Positions 12,486 through 25,879 of a DNA stretch of 64,000 nucleotides are shown here, one piece after another. Source of the stretch: Tubulanus polymorphus (Eukaryota; Animalia; Nemertea); contig NC_134034.1 in NCBI RefSeq assembly GCF_964204645.1, positions 496,001 to 560,000 of the forward strand, written 5' to 3'. The stretch's first letter is position 1, and each line of letters starts with the position of its first letter. The notes beneath the pieces were generated by a model. That model searched no databases, was not told the DNA's origin, and saw nothing but the letters and a program-made list of their open reading frames with translations. Made by a program: the position numbers and the translations under genes.

Positions 12486-15111
12486 CTACTTGGTAGTAGC
12501 CTCTTGTTGTTCAAACACTGGGTATTTTGTAATCACTTCGTCCCATTGCGATCGGCCGTTTGATAAATCATTCACAAGAGTAGGTAGTTCACTCATCTGC
12601 AAATATATATATCAACAATCATTACCAGTTCCACAGATATTTTCAGTTGAAAATGAACTAATTCAGTTAACTCTCAACTGTATCCTAGGTTCTTACAGGC
12701 CAAGGAAACCGAAATTCCTTGATATTTCTTTGACCCTTGACCAAAAATTCCCTGATTAAATTACAAGATATTCTCAGTGGGGGCTGTTTCTTATAAAGAG
12801 GTTCCTTGCGTCACTTGTCAACAGCAAGAAAAATTAAAATTCCTTGATTTGATCATAAGATATCTTCAGTGAGGGCTGTTTCAAAAAATCAAGAGTTAGA
12901 ATTCCCTGATCTGTAAGAATACTCTGTATCACGTAATCCAGATCCGTAATCCAACGTAATCCAGATCCGTATTTTTATCACAACCAGAAACTTACCGGGA
13001 CTCGAATCTGTTTCATAGAATCACGTTCTCGTAACGTGGCCGTGTGCGGTTGTTTCAACGAATCGAAGTCGACGGTGATTCCGAACGGAATCGCGATCTG
13101 ATCGGTTCTAGCGTAACGTCTGCCGATCGATCCGCTGCTGTCGTCGACCTTGTGACTGACGTCTGCTCTCGTTAATTCACTCGCTATAATAAACAACAGA
13201 TGGAGAGATAATTATCAATTTGTAGCCATGGACGCAGCTTCACAGCGGCTGAATCATGAACTCATTGAACTAATGATTTACAACTACGGAATAAGGTCCT
13301 GGTTTCATCAACCAGTTTTAATTCAAACCTAAGCTGCATAGTAATGACTTGCATCCAAAATTGGTTTCAGATCTAAGGTATGACCCAAATATTAGTCAAC
13401 TGAGCCAGTTTTATAGACAGGTTTTATCTGTGGCTCCATGGGCGGCACTTAAAACTGATCTTTAACCGGCCTGAGACAATGCGTTAAAACTGTTCAATAA
13501 AACCGGCCTCTAGTTGTCTGTGTTACTTACATAAACTCTTAACAAGAGGAGTAAATTCCGGGTTGTTACTGAGAGGTAGAACTGAACACTTGTACGGCGC
13601 TATGATAGCCGGGAGACTCAGATACTGAAAATACAAACAATAGCAACAGTGACACCTAGTGGAGGCTGGTAGAGACACCTAGTGGCAGTGAGAAACACTA
13701 CATACCGTTCTTTGTTCATCGCCTTCTCTCATTCTGAAATTGTGTTCGAATATAGAATACAAGACTCTCCCGATACCGAATGACGGCTCAATTACTGACG
13801 GTACAACATCTTCAACTGAAATACAGGACATCCGTTATAGGGATCGAAATTCACTGAGAGTGGACATCCAACATAGGGATCCAAATTCACTGAGAGTGGA
13901 CATTCATTATAGGGAATGATTCTCAAACTATATATCCTTGGTCATCCATTAGAGGGAACGATCTCTAATAGCGGACATCCATCACAGTGATTATCTGAGA
14001 TGAGAGTGGACTCCGTATTGGGGATAAACTTACCAAATTCTTTCTTTTGGTATTTTTTCACCGTTACCATATTTGGAGTGATCTCAAATTCCTGATCGTT
14101 GATCGTCACTTTCACAGACCTAGAAAAAGTACAAACATGTCTGCCTTCACAAATCCCCCTATGACATCATCAAATTGTCTACTAGTTATTAGATCCATAG
14201 ACACTACTGGAAAATGTCTGCCATCCCCTTATGACATCATCAAATCGATACTCACGTATTATTGGTCAGTTTCTGTTCTAAATCGATCACTGCTGATTGG
14301 TCGAGTTTACTCAAATAATCCGTGATGATTTTGGCGTCTTTTTTAAACTGTTTTCCGATGATACTTTTCTGCGGTTGACACTCGATCACATCCACCACAC
14401 GGTGAGAGCAACAAGTCAAGGAAATCAATCAAACATCAACAATTTTTCTTCAAAATTACAAATTTCACAGGATTCTAAGGTACCCTTCATCCCTTGCTCC
14501 CCCTCCCCTCCATTCTGGTAATGAAAAGGATATTGGTTCCGGCAGTTTTTTCTCGGCACAAAGTCGAACTCCAGTCGCCTTCGTGTGCTGTTTCAAATCA
14601 TAGCACGACCGATCAGCGCAGCCGACACATTCTACCCAACCCTAAAAATTAAAAACACAATCCAATTTACAGTCGAGCAACCCTTCAGAATATACAGGAG
14701 CAACCCTTCAATCTGCAGGAGCAACCCTACGATCTACCGGAGCAGCCCTCAAAAAATGACAAGTTTAAATTCTTATATTTCAATGATGAAACTTACATAA
14801 GAAGTTTTGCATTCAGCGTCCCAGCAATCACAGGCGTAGTGAGCCATCTCGTTAGACATGTGCTGTCTGAATCGTAATTTAGTAGGGTCCACACCGACCT
14901 TCACCATAAACATGTTAATTCGCGCCATGTAGTAACCCAACGTCTGGTTAGCGATCAGACCCTGAAAATAGAGACCAACGGGACTGTGGCAAGAATCCTA
15001 GATTTTCAAAGAAAATATTTTTGTGATTAAAGAATTCGAAAGAAATTGAAGATGCTTGAAAATATTTCTTCAATTTAAAGAAGTTTTCAAAGAATCAAGG
15101 AGTATATTGAC

Positions 15112-15156
<45 letters not shown>

Positions 15157-18100
15157 AGGGAGAGGGAGAGAGAGGGAGAGAGAGAGGGAGAGAGAGAGGG
15201 AGAGAGAGGGAGGGAGAGAGCGGCGCGTCTGCTGCAAACTGACCTTACTGACAGCGTCTGCTACTGTGCACACCTCGACCCCCTTCCCGTCCATCTGATT
15301 ACACGCCGAATATAAATTCATCTTTAAATCGGCGACGTCTGCGAATTTCGGATGATCTTTCTCGTCCGGGTCGCAGAAATGTTCGATTTCGGCCATCGTG
15401 AACTCGCGTACTCGGATCAGTCCGGACCGCGGCGATATCTCGTTACGGAACGAGTTACCGATCTGGGCCGCAGCGAACGGTAGTTTACCCTGATTGAATT
15501 CTAACAATCGTTTAAAATTGACGAATATTCCCTGAGCGGTTTCCGGACGAAGATACCTGAAATAGATTTCAAATTCTATTGCAGTCCGAGTTTAGGGGAA
15601 CCCATGACCTGAATTGCGCTTAACCCCGGTCTGTGGGACTAAACGCCGGTCTTTGGAACCTGGCCCAGTCTATAAGACTGTAGCTTTTCAAAACCCACCC
15701 TTAGTTTTTCAAAATCTAAAGTATTAACAGTGCTTTTCAACAGTGGTTAAACATTTCTAAATTTTCTGAAGGAATAAATCTAACAAACCCTTTGTAATTT
15801 CCAGCGGGTCCGATTGAAGTGCTGAACATCAGATTGAATTCGATCGGTTCAGATAAGTCGTTACCGGTGATCGGAGATTTCATGTTGAATTTCATCATAC
15901 ATTCGTGCATCGCCTTCGAGTCCATGTTATCAATCTGTAAATATCACCACAATAAACACATTGATATATTCTACTTGTGTATTAGAATTCTTCAAATTCG
16001 ATAAACAAGATTTTCTAAAGGAATTATTCTGTTCATGGCGGACACCGCTCAAGTGAGTAAACGAAATTCAGCATTTGAAACTTACGATTGGAATTATCTT
16101 TTTCGCGTCTTCTTTTACATTTTCAGCCGTTTTTTTATCGGCCATCAGTTTTTCGAGATGCGCTGAAAAAAGATTTCGATAATGAGAATTTGATATAAAT
16201 ATTTCACTTTTTTCGTAGAGAATGCGAAAATTGACCAATTGTTTTATCTGTACCTTCGATCAGATGATCAGCTCGGAAACATTCACCATTTTTTAAATCT
16301 TTTACCATATAATCAGAGAATCTTTCCACATGTCCGGACGCACTGGAAATTCAAACTTTAAAGATAATACCAGTTCTACAGTTGAGACCTACTAACATAA
16401 GTCCTGAGCCCAGTTGACACTTAAATCCAAAAGTGGTTTAAGACTAGTCTTTTAAAGACTTGGGGTCTGAAGTAATTTGGTTGAAAGTTGGTCTATGACT
16501 GGTATTGAATTTAAGCAAGTGAACTAGGTAAGGCTTATGTAGGTCTATTTCAAGATAACACCAAGACTAAGTTGCAAAGTTATGAGTTAAGCCAGAGTTA
16601 AAGTTAGTTTATTTTCAATATTCTAACTCCAACTCAGAATCGTTGAACTCGGTCCAAGCTAAAACCAGGTTTAATACTAACACTAGTACCGGTTCGGGAG
16701 TTAACATGCTGCAGTCGACCTCCAACATTTGTTCCTCCAATATGAAAAATTTCCTCCAAGCGGAAATAGCATTCGCTTTTACGGCGCAACCCATCGGTCC
16801 AAAATCAAATAAACCCTGGACACCTTAAAACAACAAATTCATTCAATCAATTAAACACGTTTCTAATTAACTAATAGTTAATTAATCAATATAGTTAATT
16901 AATCTAATTAGTTAATTAATCAATGTAGTTAATTAGAAAAGTTGGTTGTGTAATGTACCTCCATATATGGAGAAAGCTTGATCGTAGAAAAATCGCTGTT
17001 TTAAAAGATCTTCCAATTTCGCTCGATCAAAATCATCTTTCGGCGCCAGAGACAGTTCCTAGAAATAACAGAGACAGTTCCTAGAAATAACAGAGACAGT
17101 TCCTAGAAATAACAGAGACAGTTCCTAGAAATAACAGAGACAGTTCCTAAAAATAACAGTGACAGTTCCTAGAAATAACAGACATCCCTAGAAATAACAG
17201 ACACATTCCTAGAAATAACAGAAATAGTTCCTAGAAATAACAGAGACATTCCTAGAAATAACAGAGACAGTCCCTAGAAATAACAGAGACATTCCTAGAA
17301 ATAACAGAGACATTCCTAGAAATAACAGAGACAGTCCCTAGAAATAACAGAGACAGTTCCTAAAAATAATATGGGACCAGCCTTCAGAATGTGGGACCAG
17401 CCTCCAGACTATTGGTCCAGCCTTTAATCTATGGGACTAGCCTTCAGTTTATGGGACCAGTCTTTACTTAATAAGACCAGCCTTCAGTTGAGACCAAACC
17501 CTAGACCAAGTCCTAGTCTATGAATAGGTAGGTTGGATATTTTAAATATCTTATCATTTGAACTGTGTGTGAGGATCAGGTGAACAGGTGTGTAGTTAAT
17601 AACAGCCGTGTCTAGAATTTATCAATTTAACATTTACATAAATAATTCTACTCAGCTCAACTCTATAACACCTGCCGTCTGAAACACCTTCATCTGATCA
17701 ATTCAAACACCTTCATCTGATCAATTCAAACACCTTCATCTGATCAATTCAAACACCTTCATCTGATCAATTCAAACACCTCAAACATTTCTATTCTGGT
17801 TCAACGTTCCAGTTCCCCTACATAGCCTAAACAATTTTTAAAATCCACCAGAAATTTGTTTACCTTGTCTTCGAGCTCTTTTTTCCTATGTTTCAAATCG
17901 GATACGGCTTTTTTCACGTCCAATTCTGGGGCTTTTTCTTCTTTCAACTTTCTAACGAGGTCGCCCTACACGAGATTAAAACAAAAAACAAAAATCCAGA
18001 ATTGATTTCAAAAATTCTGTCTAAAAATCGAAATGTCAAAAAAATTCGATTATTTTTTCGACGCTTACCTGTTCCTTGACCCTCATTCGGAACGGGGCCA

Positions 18101-18284
18101 GAATCTCTTCAATTTTCGGGTCTGACATTTTACGAACGGTTTCGAGAAGTTTCAATCGTTTTTGCTTGGTTCCCCAATTAGCGGCTTGTTTCAGTCGATG
18201 GCTGGTTTTCTGGAATAGATGTCGGCTTGTCGGGATCGAGCTGAACTGAACCAACAGATGTCGACAAAGATGGGGCAATAACAT
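12486..18284 (-). CDS. GARS1: Glycine--tRNA ligase (cytosolic/mitochondrial), about 16 exons
   Basis: WHEP domain ([23 protein letters not shown]), class II motifs [64 protein letters not shown], anticodon-binding [22 protein letters not shown]. Exon 1 18284-18069, exon 2 17965-17864, exon 3 17058-16959, last exon 12596-12486. Two in-frame ATGs: 18284 (presequence-like) and 18128 (MSDPKIEE). Confidence 0.97.
15116..15220. repeat. (GA)n/GGA microsatellite in a GARS1 intron
   Basis: Direct inspection. Confidence 0.95.
17059..17362. repeat. 22-bp tandem repeat of the GARS1 exon 3 acceptor junction
   Basis: About 14 copies of CTAGAAATAACAGAGACAGTTC. Confidence 0.9.
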
Positions 18285-18521
18285 CAGCCGTAATGTGCCA
18301 CGCTTTACTTCCGCGTGAGAACCGATCGGAGATTCCTCTCATCCGATTTCCGAATCGTATTCACGCGTCATACCCGATTCCCAAGTCTAACCGTCGGTTC
18401 TCTAAATCCAATATGGCCGCGCCCATGAGCCGGGTTTCAGCGACGTTTTTACGCTTTTTGATCGGATTTCGAGACTTTCTGTTGGAAATAAAATTCGGGG
18501 AAACGATTCTATAGTTTTGAA
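18285..18521. promoter_or_regulatory. Bidirectional promoter of GARS1 and OSGEPL1
   Basis: Only 237 bp separate the divergent ATGs; CpG-rich; ETS-like ACTTCCG near 18307 and YY1-like AATATGGCCGC near 18410. Confidence 0.7.
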
Positions 18522-20288
18522 ATGTCGATTAGGATTTTACGGCCAGTTAAAAACAGTTTGACAATTTGTAGATTATGTAAAAACGCACATAGAACTACAC
18601 TTAATGTAAGGGATAGTTCAGTCAAGTGTCGATGGCGGCGCTACTATACGGTCGAGTCGAATTCGCGGGCTGATGACGGCGGGCCGGTTTTGAAGGTTTT
18701 AGGGATTGAGACCAGTTGCGATGATACGGGTGCTGCAGTTGTAGATAGTCGAGGAAATATCTTAGGGGAATGCTTACATTCTCAGAACAAGGCGCACTTA
18801 CAGTATGTAAACTATCCGGGCGGCTCCAAGAAGTTACAGGGTCTGCGGTCCTTCCCGGTGCCGGGCCGTTTTTCTAATTCGTTGTTTTGAATATTTTGTA
18901 GGCACGGCGGAATAATACCATCATTAGCCAAACGGTATCACCAAGTAAACATACACAGAGTGGTGCAAACAGCTTTACAGCAAGCAAAACTTGATTTAAA
19001 GGTAAAAGTAACTAGGCAAACTTTACCCTGGGGCCGCGGACCCCCGAGGTCACGTCCATACAGTCCAGTGTCGGACTCCGGCAGAGACTTTGAGATCCGG
19101 GGAATTTTCAGGGGCAGTTATTGATTTTAAAACTTTTGCAAACATATGATCAAAATAATGATATCAAGTAAGTAACAGATCATGATCATTCACACGATTT
19201 TGAAAAAAAAAAAATTTTTGTACCGTTTTATTCCCAATTAGGATGTCGATGCAATCGCCACGACAGTTAAACCTGGATTAACGTTATGCCTGCAAGTAGG
19301 TCTGGATTATACGAAATACCTCGTACAACAATCCAGGTAGGTAGGACAAAGTCCCGATAATTTGAAATGAAATATTTCGAATAAATAGAATTCCTTTGAA
19401 AAATATTATACTGAAGGTGGATGACACTTCACTGTAACAATTCTACCATTTAATTCCACCCTGTCTTCAATTGTGGATAAATGTGGAAATGTTGATTTCC
19501 TCAATTTGCAGACGGCCGTTTCTACCGATACATCATATGGAGGCGCATGCGCTAACTGTTCGTCTGATCGATAAGTAAGTATCGTCACGTGACCGACGTG
19601 TGTTGTCCATTGTTGCACGGGGTTGTTTTTTGGGGGCAGGGTTCTTTTGTCTTGCATCCAAATGGGAGAACACAACCCTCTAGAACCTAAACCCTAATTG
19701 TCAGCGATTGAAAGAGCCGCCATTTCGTTTATTGATCTTTGAACAAGCTCGTGAGTGCCTTGAGAAACCTTACTCGAGAACAAACTCGTCAAATGACGTC
19801 AAACAACGACTGTAGGACCACAGACAGATCGGACCCGCGACACATCCGCCATCTATCAAATAACCCGAGATCTAAAACCTCAGCGTAAACCACGCATTAA
19901 CAGAGATATGATCGTTTCTTGCCTGAAGAGACGACGGTACCGCGCGGTGCGTCGTGGGTAAATTCATTATTAAAATGGCGGATGATCGAAGTTACGGATA
20001 CGATTCCGTTTCGACGCTTGTGTCTCGGAGAGTATCGTGACCTCCTCGTATCTTACAGCCATCCATTTTACAAGTGCGTGTGTGTATAGCTGTATAGAGC
20101 GACGTCGGGCCGGTGGGATATTGTACAACAGTGTGTATATCAGTGCTGTATTACATACACTGTATATTGTAGTCGAGAGAGGTAGAGTTACATTTACTGT
20201 CTACAACAATATGAGCCGTTTAACTAGAAACAAGGTACGAAATCCGAATCGTAGTTCAAATCAGAACGATGCATTATCGGATGACGAT

Positions 20289-20325
<37 letters not shown>

Positions 20326-23300
20326 CTGATGAGGCTGATAAAAGTGATGACTACTCGCCCGGTAGTGCATCGATTGCGTCCGCTGAATCTTCATCTGAGG
20401 TGGAAGAAGATATAGGCGACGATGAATCGGACGATTGGTTTCCGTCCGCTAGTTCACGTCGTCGCCGCCGCGGCGCTAGTGGTGGTGCTAACGCTAGTTT
20501 GAAAACCGGCGACTGGATCGACGTTTCCGAGGACGATCCCGGACCGCGTGAAATTGCGTTCACGCCTCGAGGTCCACCGGGTCCCGATGAGATGGACGGT
20601 TTGAACGAGGACAGCCCGGCGCTCGAGTATTTCAAATTACTTTTTACCGACGAAATTATCGACGAAATCGTCGATGAAATAAACCGTTACGCCGATGAGA
20701 AAATAGGCGCGTGCGAACTACCGCCCAGATCTCGTCTGCAAGATTGGATTCCGGTCACTGTTCGGGAGTTCCACACGTTTTTAGGAATCATCATCAACAT
20801 GGGAATAATCCGTCTGCCAAGCGTGTCGATGTATTGGACGTATCGATGGACGGAATCGGTTCCGTTTTTCCGCGACTCGATGAGCAGTAGCCGTTTTCTG
20901 TTGTTGTACCAGACAATGCTTCAAGTTTGTCGCAGCGAGCCCGTAGTTCCTGGCGATCCGCCCCGCGGAGCGGCGGCTGAAGCTGTCGACGCGCATAAGA
21001 TAACGCCGTTCATCGACCGCGTCGTGACCAACTACCAGCGATACTACAATCCGTATCGTGAACTGTTAATGAGTCAAGTTACTATCGGTTACAGAGGGCG
21101 AATCGCTTATAAACAACATTGTTCGAAGAAACCGTATAAATGGGGTCTGGTGATGAGAACGGTGACCTGTCCACACACGGGTTATCTGTTAAACGCTAAT
21201 CTCTACTGCGGCCGAAACGACGACCAGGAAATTGAAGCCGGTTTATCAGCGAAAGGACAAGCGGTTTTAGATATCGTGAAACCGTTCGCGAACCGTGGAC
21301 ACCATGTTTACTGTGATTACACCTACAGTAGTATTCCACTAGCGCTCAGTTTATACGATAAGAAATTCCACTTTACGGCAACCATTCGCCTCAGTTCGGT
21401 CGGGGTCCCCAGTGAGTTGAAATATCCCACTCAGATGAGACCAGGCGATGTTTACGCGTATCGGAACGGGGACGTATTGATTTTGAACTGGTACGACAAG
21501 AGCATCGTTTCGGTAATTAGTACGCTCGGAAAGGCACATGAAAAAAACCTCGTGATTGGTCGCCGTAAACGGACGGAGAAACCCGTCAGGAGACCTTCGA
21601 TCATCACGTCGGAGCAGCCCGTCAATAGACCGTCAGTCGTCTTGTCGGAAGAACCCGTCTCAAAGCCATTAGTCTTGTCGGATGAACCGGTTTATAAACC
21701 ATTATTCTACTCTGAGGAACCCGTCAATAATTCACTTGTGGCCTCGACGGAGGAATCAAAACCATCCGTCCTCTGGCCGGAGGAACCCGTCCATGAGCCA
21801 TCGGTCGCTTTGTCAGAGGAACCCAAAACATCGATCTCCTGGCCGGAGAAACCCGCCGTCTATGAACCATTAACGGAGGAACCCGATCGTAAACCGCAAG
21901 TCTCGTCAGAGGGACCCATCTATGAGCCGTCGATCGCCTCGTCGGAGGAACCCAAACCATCGGTCCTCTCCCCGGAGGAACCCGTCTATAAACCATTAGT
22001 ATGCCCGGAGGAACCCGATTGTAAACCACAAGTCGCATTGGAGGAACCCGTCTCTAATCCATCAATCGTCTCGTCGGAGGAACCCGTCTCCTATCCATCG
22101 GTCGTCTTGCCAGTGATCGGCCGTAGTGAACACTCGGAGTCACCCGTTTATAAACCGTCTGTCGTCTGCGAATATAACAAACACATTTCGAGAGGAATTT
22201 ATTTACGAGAACAGCTCAATCGATATTACAACAACAGCAGGAAATCGATTGTCTGGTGGAAAAAAGTATTTTTCTGGATGGTTGAAAGTTGTATTTCAAA
22301 CGCGTTCATCTTGAAGAAGCTTCACAGCAGCTCTGCGGGGGGTAATGACAGACGACTGACTCTGTTGAAATTCCGTCAAGAGCTCGTCGAACAACTCGTG
22401 CCGCCACCTAGCGACGATGGACCGCGATCGAAAAGAGGGCGACCTTCGCAAGGGCCACCGGTTCAGAGACTGGACGGAAGATTCCACGCGATCAATAAAC
22501 GTCGTCAGAATAAACAGTGTAAAGTTTGCAGCGATCGAGCTAAAGGAGAGAGACATACAGTGTCTACTTACTGTGAGACATGTCGCGATCAACCAGCCTT
22601 ACATGCCATAGGCTGCTTCGAGCGTTATCATACCGAACTGAATTACAGATAAATTGAACTCGAATTTTGAAATGTGGAAATGCCGGCGTTATGGCGTTGG
22701 TGTTGTTATGGCATTTAGAAATGCCGCTGTTAATATGGCATTTTAGAGATTGTGGTGTTATGCCATTTAAAACAGGGTCACCTTTTTCTGACATTTTGTA
22801 CGAATAGAAAATAATACATTTTTGAAATTGAACAGTGAACTGTTTGAATTGTTTATTATTAAGAGATTTTCGACGATCTAAGAGTAACTGTCCAGAGCCC
22901 CGGGTAAGAGCCCCCCCCAGCACTAGGACCTGCAGTTTGAATATGATCGATGTTGTTTTTGCTGTAGGGTTGAATTCCCGTTCCTCGTGTTGCTGGTCAG
23001 CGGTGGTCATTGTCTATTGTTGTTGGCACGTGATGTGGATGATTTCCTGTTGCTCGGCAAGAACTTGGACGACGCGCCAGGAGAAGCGTTTGATAAGGTA
23101 CATTTTCCACGTGGCACCAGATATTGACCTTGGAAGGCCACAGACATTAGTGGAACACCTGAACAAACAGACTTTCTGGTCACCTGAAGTTCGTTGTAAC
23201 GAGGTTCCATTGTATTCGAGTCGACGACGACTGTTGTAATCGAGGACTCCACCAGGTGTCGCTTGTAGGCATCAAGACGACTTCTCTCAAATCATTTAAA

Positions 23301-25435
23301 ATCGACCCATAAACATTTCTCAAATTCGACGTGAGATGCACAGAAACTGTACATAAACCTTTAATCAAGAGGAGACTAAAAACTTTAACTAAATTGAAAA
23401 TAATCTCAAATTTGATCAAGTTGTTGATACACGTGATACGCGTCACATAAAAAACTGATAGGGATCCTGGTTTAAGCTGGTGCAGCACGTGGGCTTTCAT
23501 AGAACAACTCGTCCTTTCTCTTTTCAGACAGCCAGAAGTTTGAAATTAAAACTGTTGCCTGACTGCGAGGATTTGAGTGGTGGTCGCGCAATCGAGATGC
23601 TAGCGACTAGTGGCAATCCGCGAGCGTACGATATACCGATCGTGTTGGCGCAGGCGCAGAACTGTGATTTCTCATTTTCCGGATTGAAGGCGTCGTATAA
23701 AAGTAAAATCGAGGCCGAGGAGAGGAGACTGAGTATGAACCCCCCCCCCCATACTGTCCATCCCCGATATCATGCATTTAACCTCCAATTCCCCTCGATA
23801 TGCTGCCCGTCGACATGGCCGCCTCCCTTTATATCACTCCCTCGTTCTCAGAACAGGATGCCCGAATATTGGAGGCAGTTTGTTTGAAAAAAAATCTTGT
23901 TTGATCCGTCCTCACCTCCTGTGTGACCCGTCCTCACCTCCTGTGCGACCAGTCCTCACCTCCTGTGTGACTTGTCCTCGCCTCCTGTGTGACCCGTCCT
24001 CACCTCCTGTGTGACCCGTCCTCACCTCCTGTGTGACCCGTCCTCACCTCCTGTGCGACCAGTCCTCACCTCCTGTGTGACTTGTCCTCGCCTCCTGTGT
24101 GACCCGTCCTCACCTCCTGTGTGACCCGTCCTCACCTCCTGTGTGACCCGTCCTCACCTCCTGTGTGACCCGTCCTCACCTCCTGTGCGTCCCGTCCTCA
24201 CCTCCTGTGCGACCCGTCCTCACCCCCTGTGCGACCCGTCCTCACCTCCTGTGTGACCCGTCCTCACCTCCTGTGTGAGCTGTTTCGTGTTAGAGTGGAG
24301 ACAACTTAAAGTTGTTTTGTGGTAAACAAAAGATGCACAATTTCAAAATGTTTGTTCTATTTTTTTCAGATTTAGCTCAACACGAATTGATTACGAATGT
24401 CAGTGACGTGTGCGCGTCGTTTCAATACGCCGTTCTACATCATTTAGCCAAACGCGTCCAGAGGGCGCTGATTTACTGCGAAATGAACGACTACCTTCCA
24501 CAAACCGGCAAACAGTTGGTTCGTTAACAAAACCCCTCGAACATTTCAGCATAGAATAAAAAATCTAAAATTGCGCCATCTATATTTAAATAGTCCGCTC
24601 TCATATTTGAATCCGCCATTTTCTTTTTTGTCGTGATTTTGATTGACAGGTTGTATCGGGAGGCGTGGCCAGTAATATGTTTATTCGTGGAGGTTTGAGT
24701 AAGATGTGTGAGGCGTACGACTGTCAGTTAGTTTGTCCACCTCCGAGTCTCTGTACCGATAATGGAATCATGATAGCTTGGTGAGAGTCCCGTAAAACCC
24801 CTCCCCTCCCCCTCCCATCCCCCTCTCCTCCCCATCTTTCGCAATTCTTCAGTTGCAGCATGATCTAAAATAGGTTTATTTCTGATTCCCGTCAATTTTC
24901 TGCTTTCAGGAATGGAATCGAAAAATTACGTTTGAATCGCGAAAAATACTTGTCTGATGTCGAAATGGTCGAAGTTGAACACAGGTTAGAATATATATAT
25001 AGTAACACCACTCGTCGATAGATGGCGTACGAGATGTTGTTTCAAAAAATTGTTATCGTAATTGTTATCGTAAATGTGTTAGAAATAACTGGCGCATTCT
25101 ATCTCGATAGTGGAATTTGCACGGATAAGATCACTAGTATACCCTGGCAGATGAGAATGAGGTTACGGGGTAGTCGAATGTAGTCTGAGGTATCACAATA
25201 GTTCGCACAAATTCCGCTAGGGGACCGTACGGTGCTGCCACCTGTATAGTTGCGTAAACTGCGGGATGACGCCCAAATTGACATTATAATCTGAGATGGA
25301 ACTTGTTTTAGAATATGTTGACCGTTTTAGCTCACGTTGATTTTGATTTAATTTTCCAGATCTCCGATAGGGGTCGACATCCGACACGATGTGGAATCAT
25401 CGTGTATTAAACTCAAAACCGTCCGCTTGCTGTAG
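18522..25435 (+). CDS. OSGEPL1: Mitochondrial tRNA N6-threonylcarbamoyladenosine transferase (Qri7/TsaD family), 10 exons
   Basis: Motifs [31 protein letters not shown] (exon 19512-19574), [48 protein letters not shown]; basic presequence-like N-terminus; junction phases consistent; stop TAG 25433-25435. Confidence 0.95.
20211..22652 (+). CDS. piggyBac transposase-derived protein (PGBD4-like), intronless, 813 aa, nested in OSGEPL1 intron 4
   Basis: piggyBac core motifs ([77 protein letters not shown]) and C-terminal Cys-rich domain (CKVC...YCETC...LH...CFERYH). First ATG at 20211. No TTAA-CCC...GGG-TTAA termini recognised in the flanks. Confidence 0.9.
23905..24277. repeat. 21-bp minisatellite in an OSGEPL1 intron
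   Basis: CCGTCCTCACCTCCTGTGTGAC-type unit. Confidence 0.9.
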
Positions 25436-25879
25436 ACGACACGTGACGTCATAGTTCGGTCATGTCAATAAATCGGGAGCGGGGCTCGGTAACTTCCGTG
25501 TGGAGACTGAAGTCAAAAAGTTGTCTCTAAATCAAATCTTAAGTTGTAAGATTGGCTATAGAACTAAGCTGGTCTTAGGCTTGACTATGAATACAGCCCC
25601 AGGGAATTTACAAACTTCAGTCAAGTAAAAGAAGCCAAAAGCTGTTTTTTGTATAGATTTGCATGCACTACCTGTAGATTGTATTAAAATATAAATTTCT
25701 GTGTATAAATTTCAGAGGAAAAATAAAACAAACTCATTTATATTGAGTAGTTATATTGAGTAGTAGGTGTCATAGTGGGCAGTTTGATGACGTCATAGAA
25801 TGATTCGAGGAGGAAGACATCTTTTCTGGAAGTGTCGATCAAATCACTAGTAAACAATTTGATGATGTCATTCCGATTG

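Noticed and set aside
19574-20175. CSB-PGBD3-style in-frame fusion of OSGEPL1 exons 1-4 to the piggyBac ORF
   Set aside because: OSGEPL1 exon 4 ends in phase 2, but the two best acceptors upstream of the ORF (exon starts 20059 and 20173) need phase 1. Not excluded for weaker acceptors.
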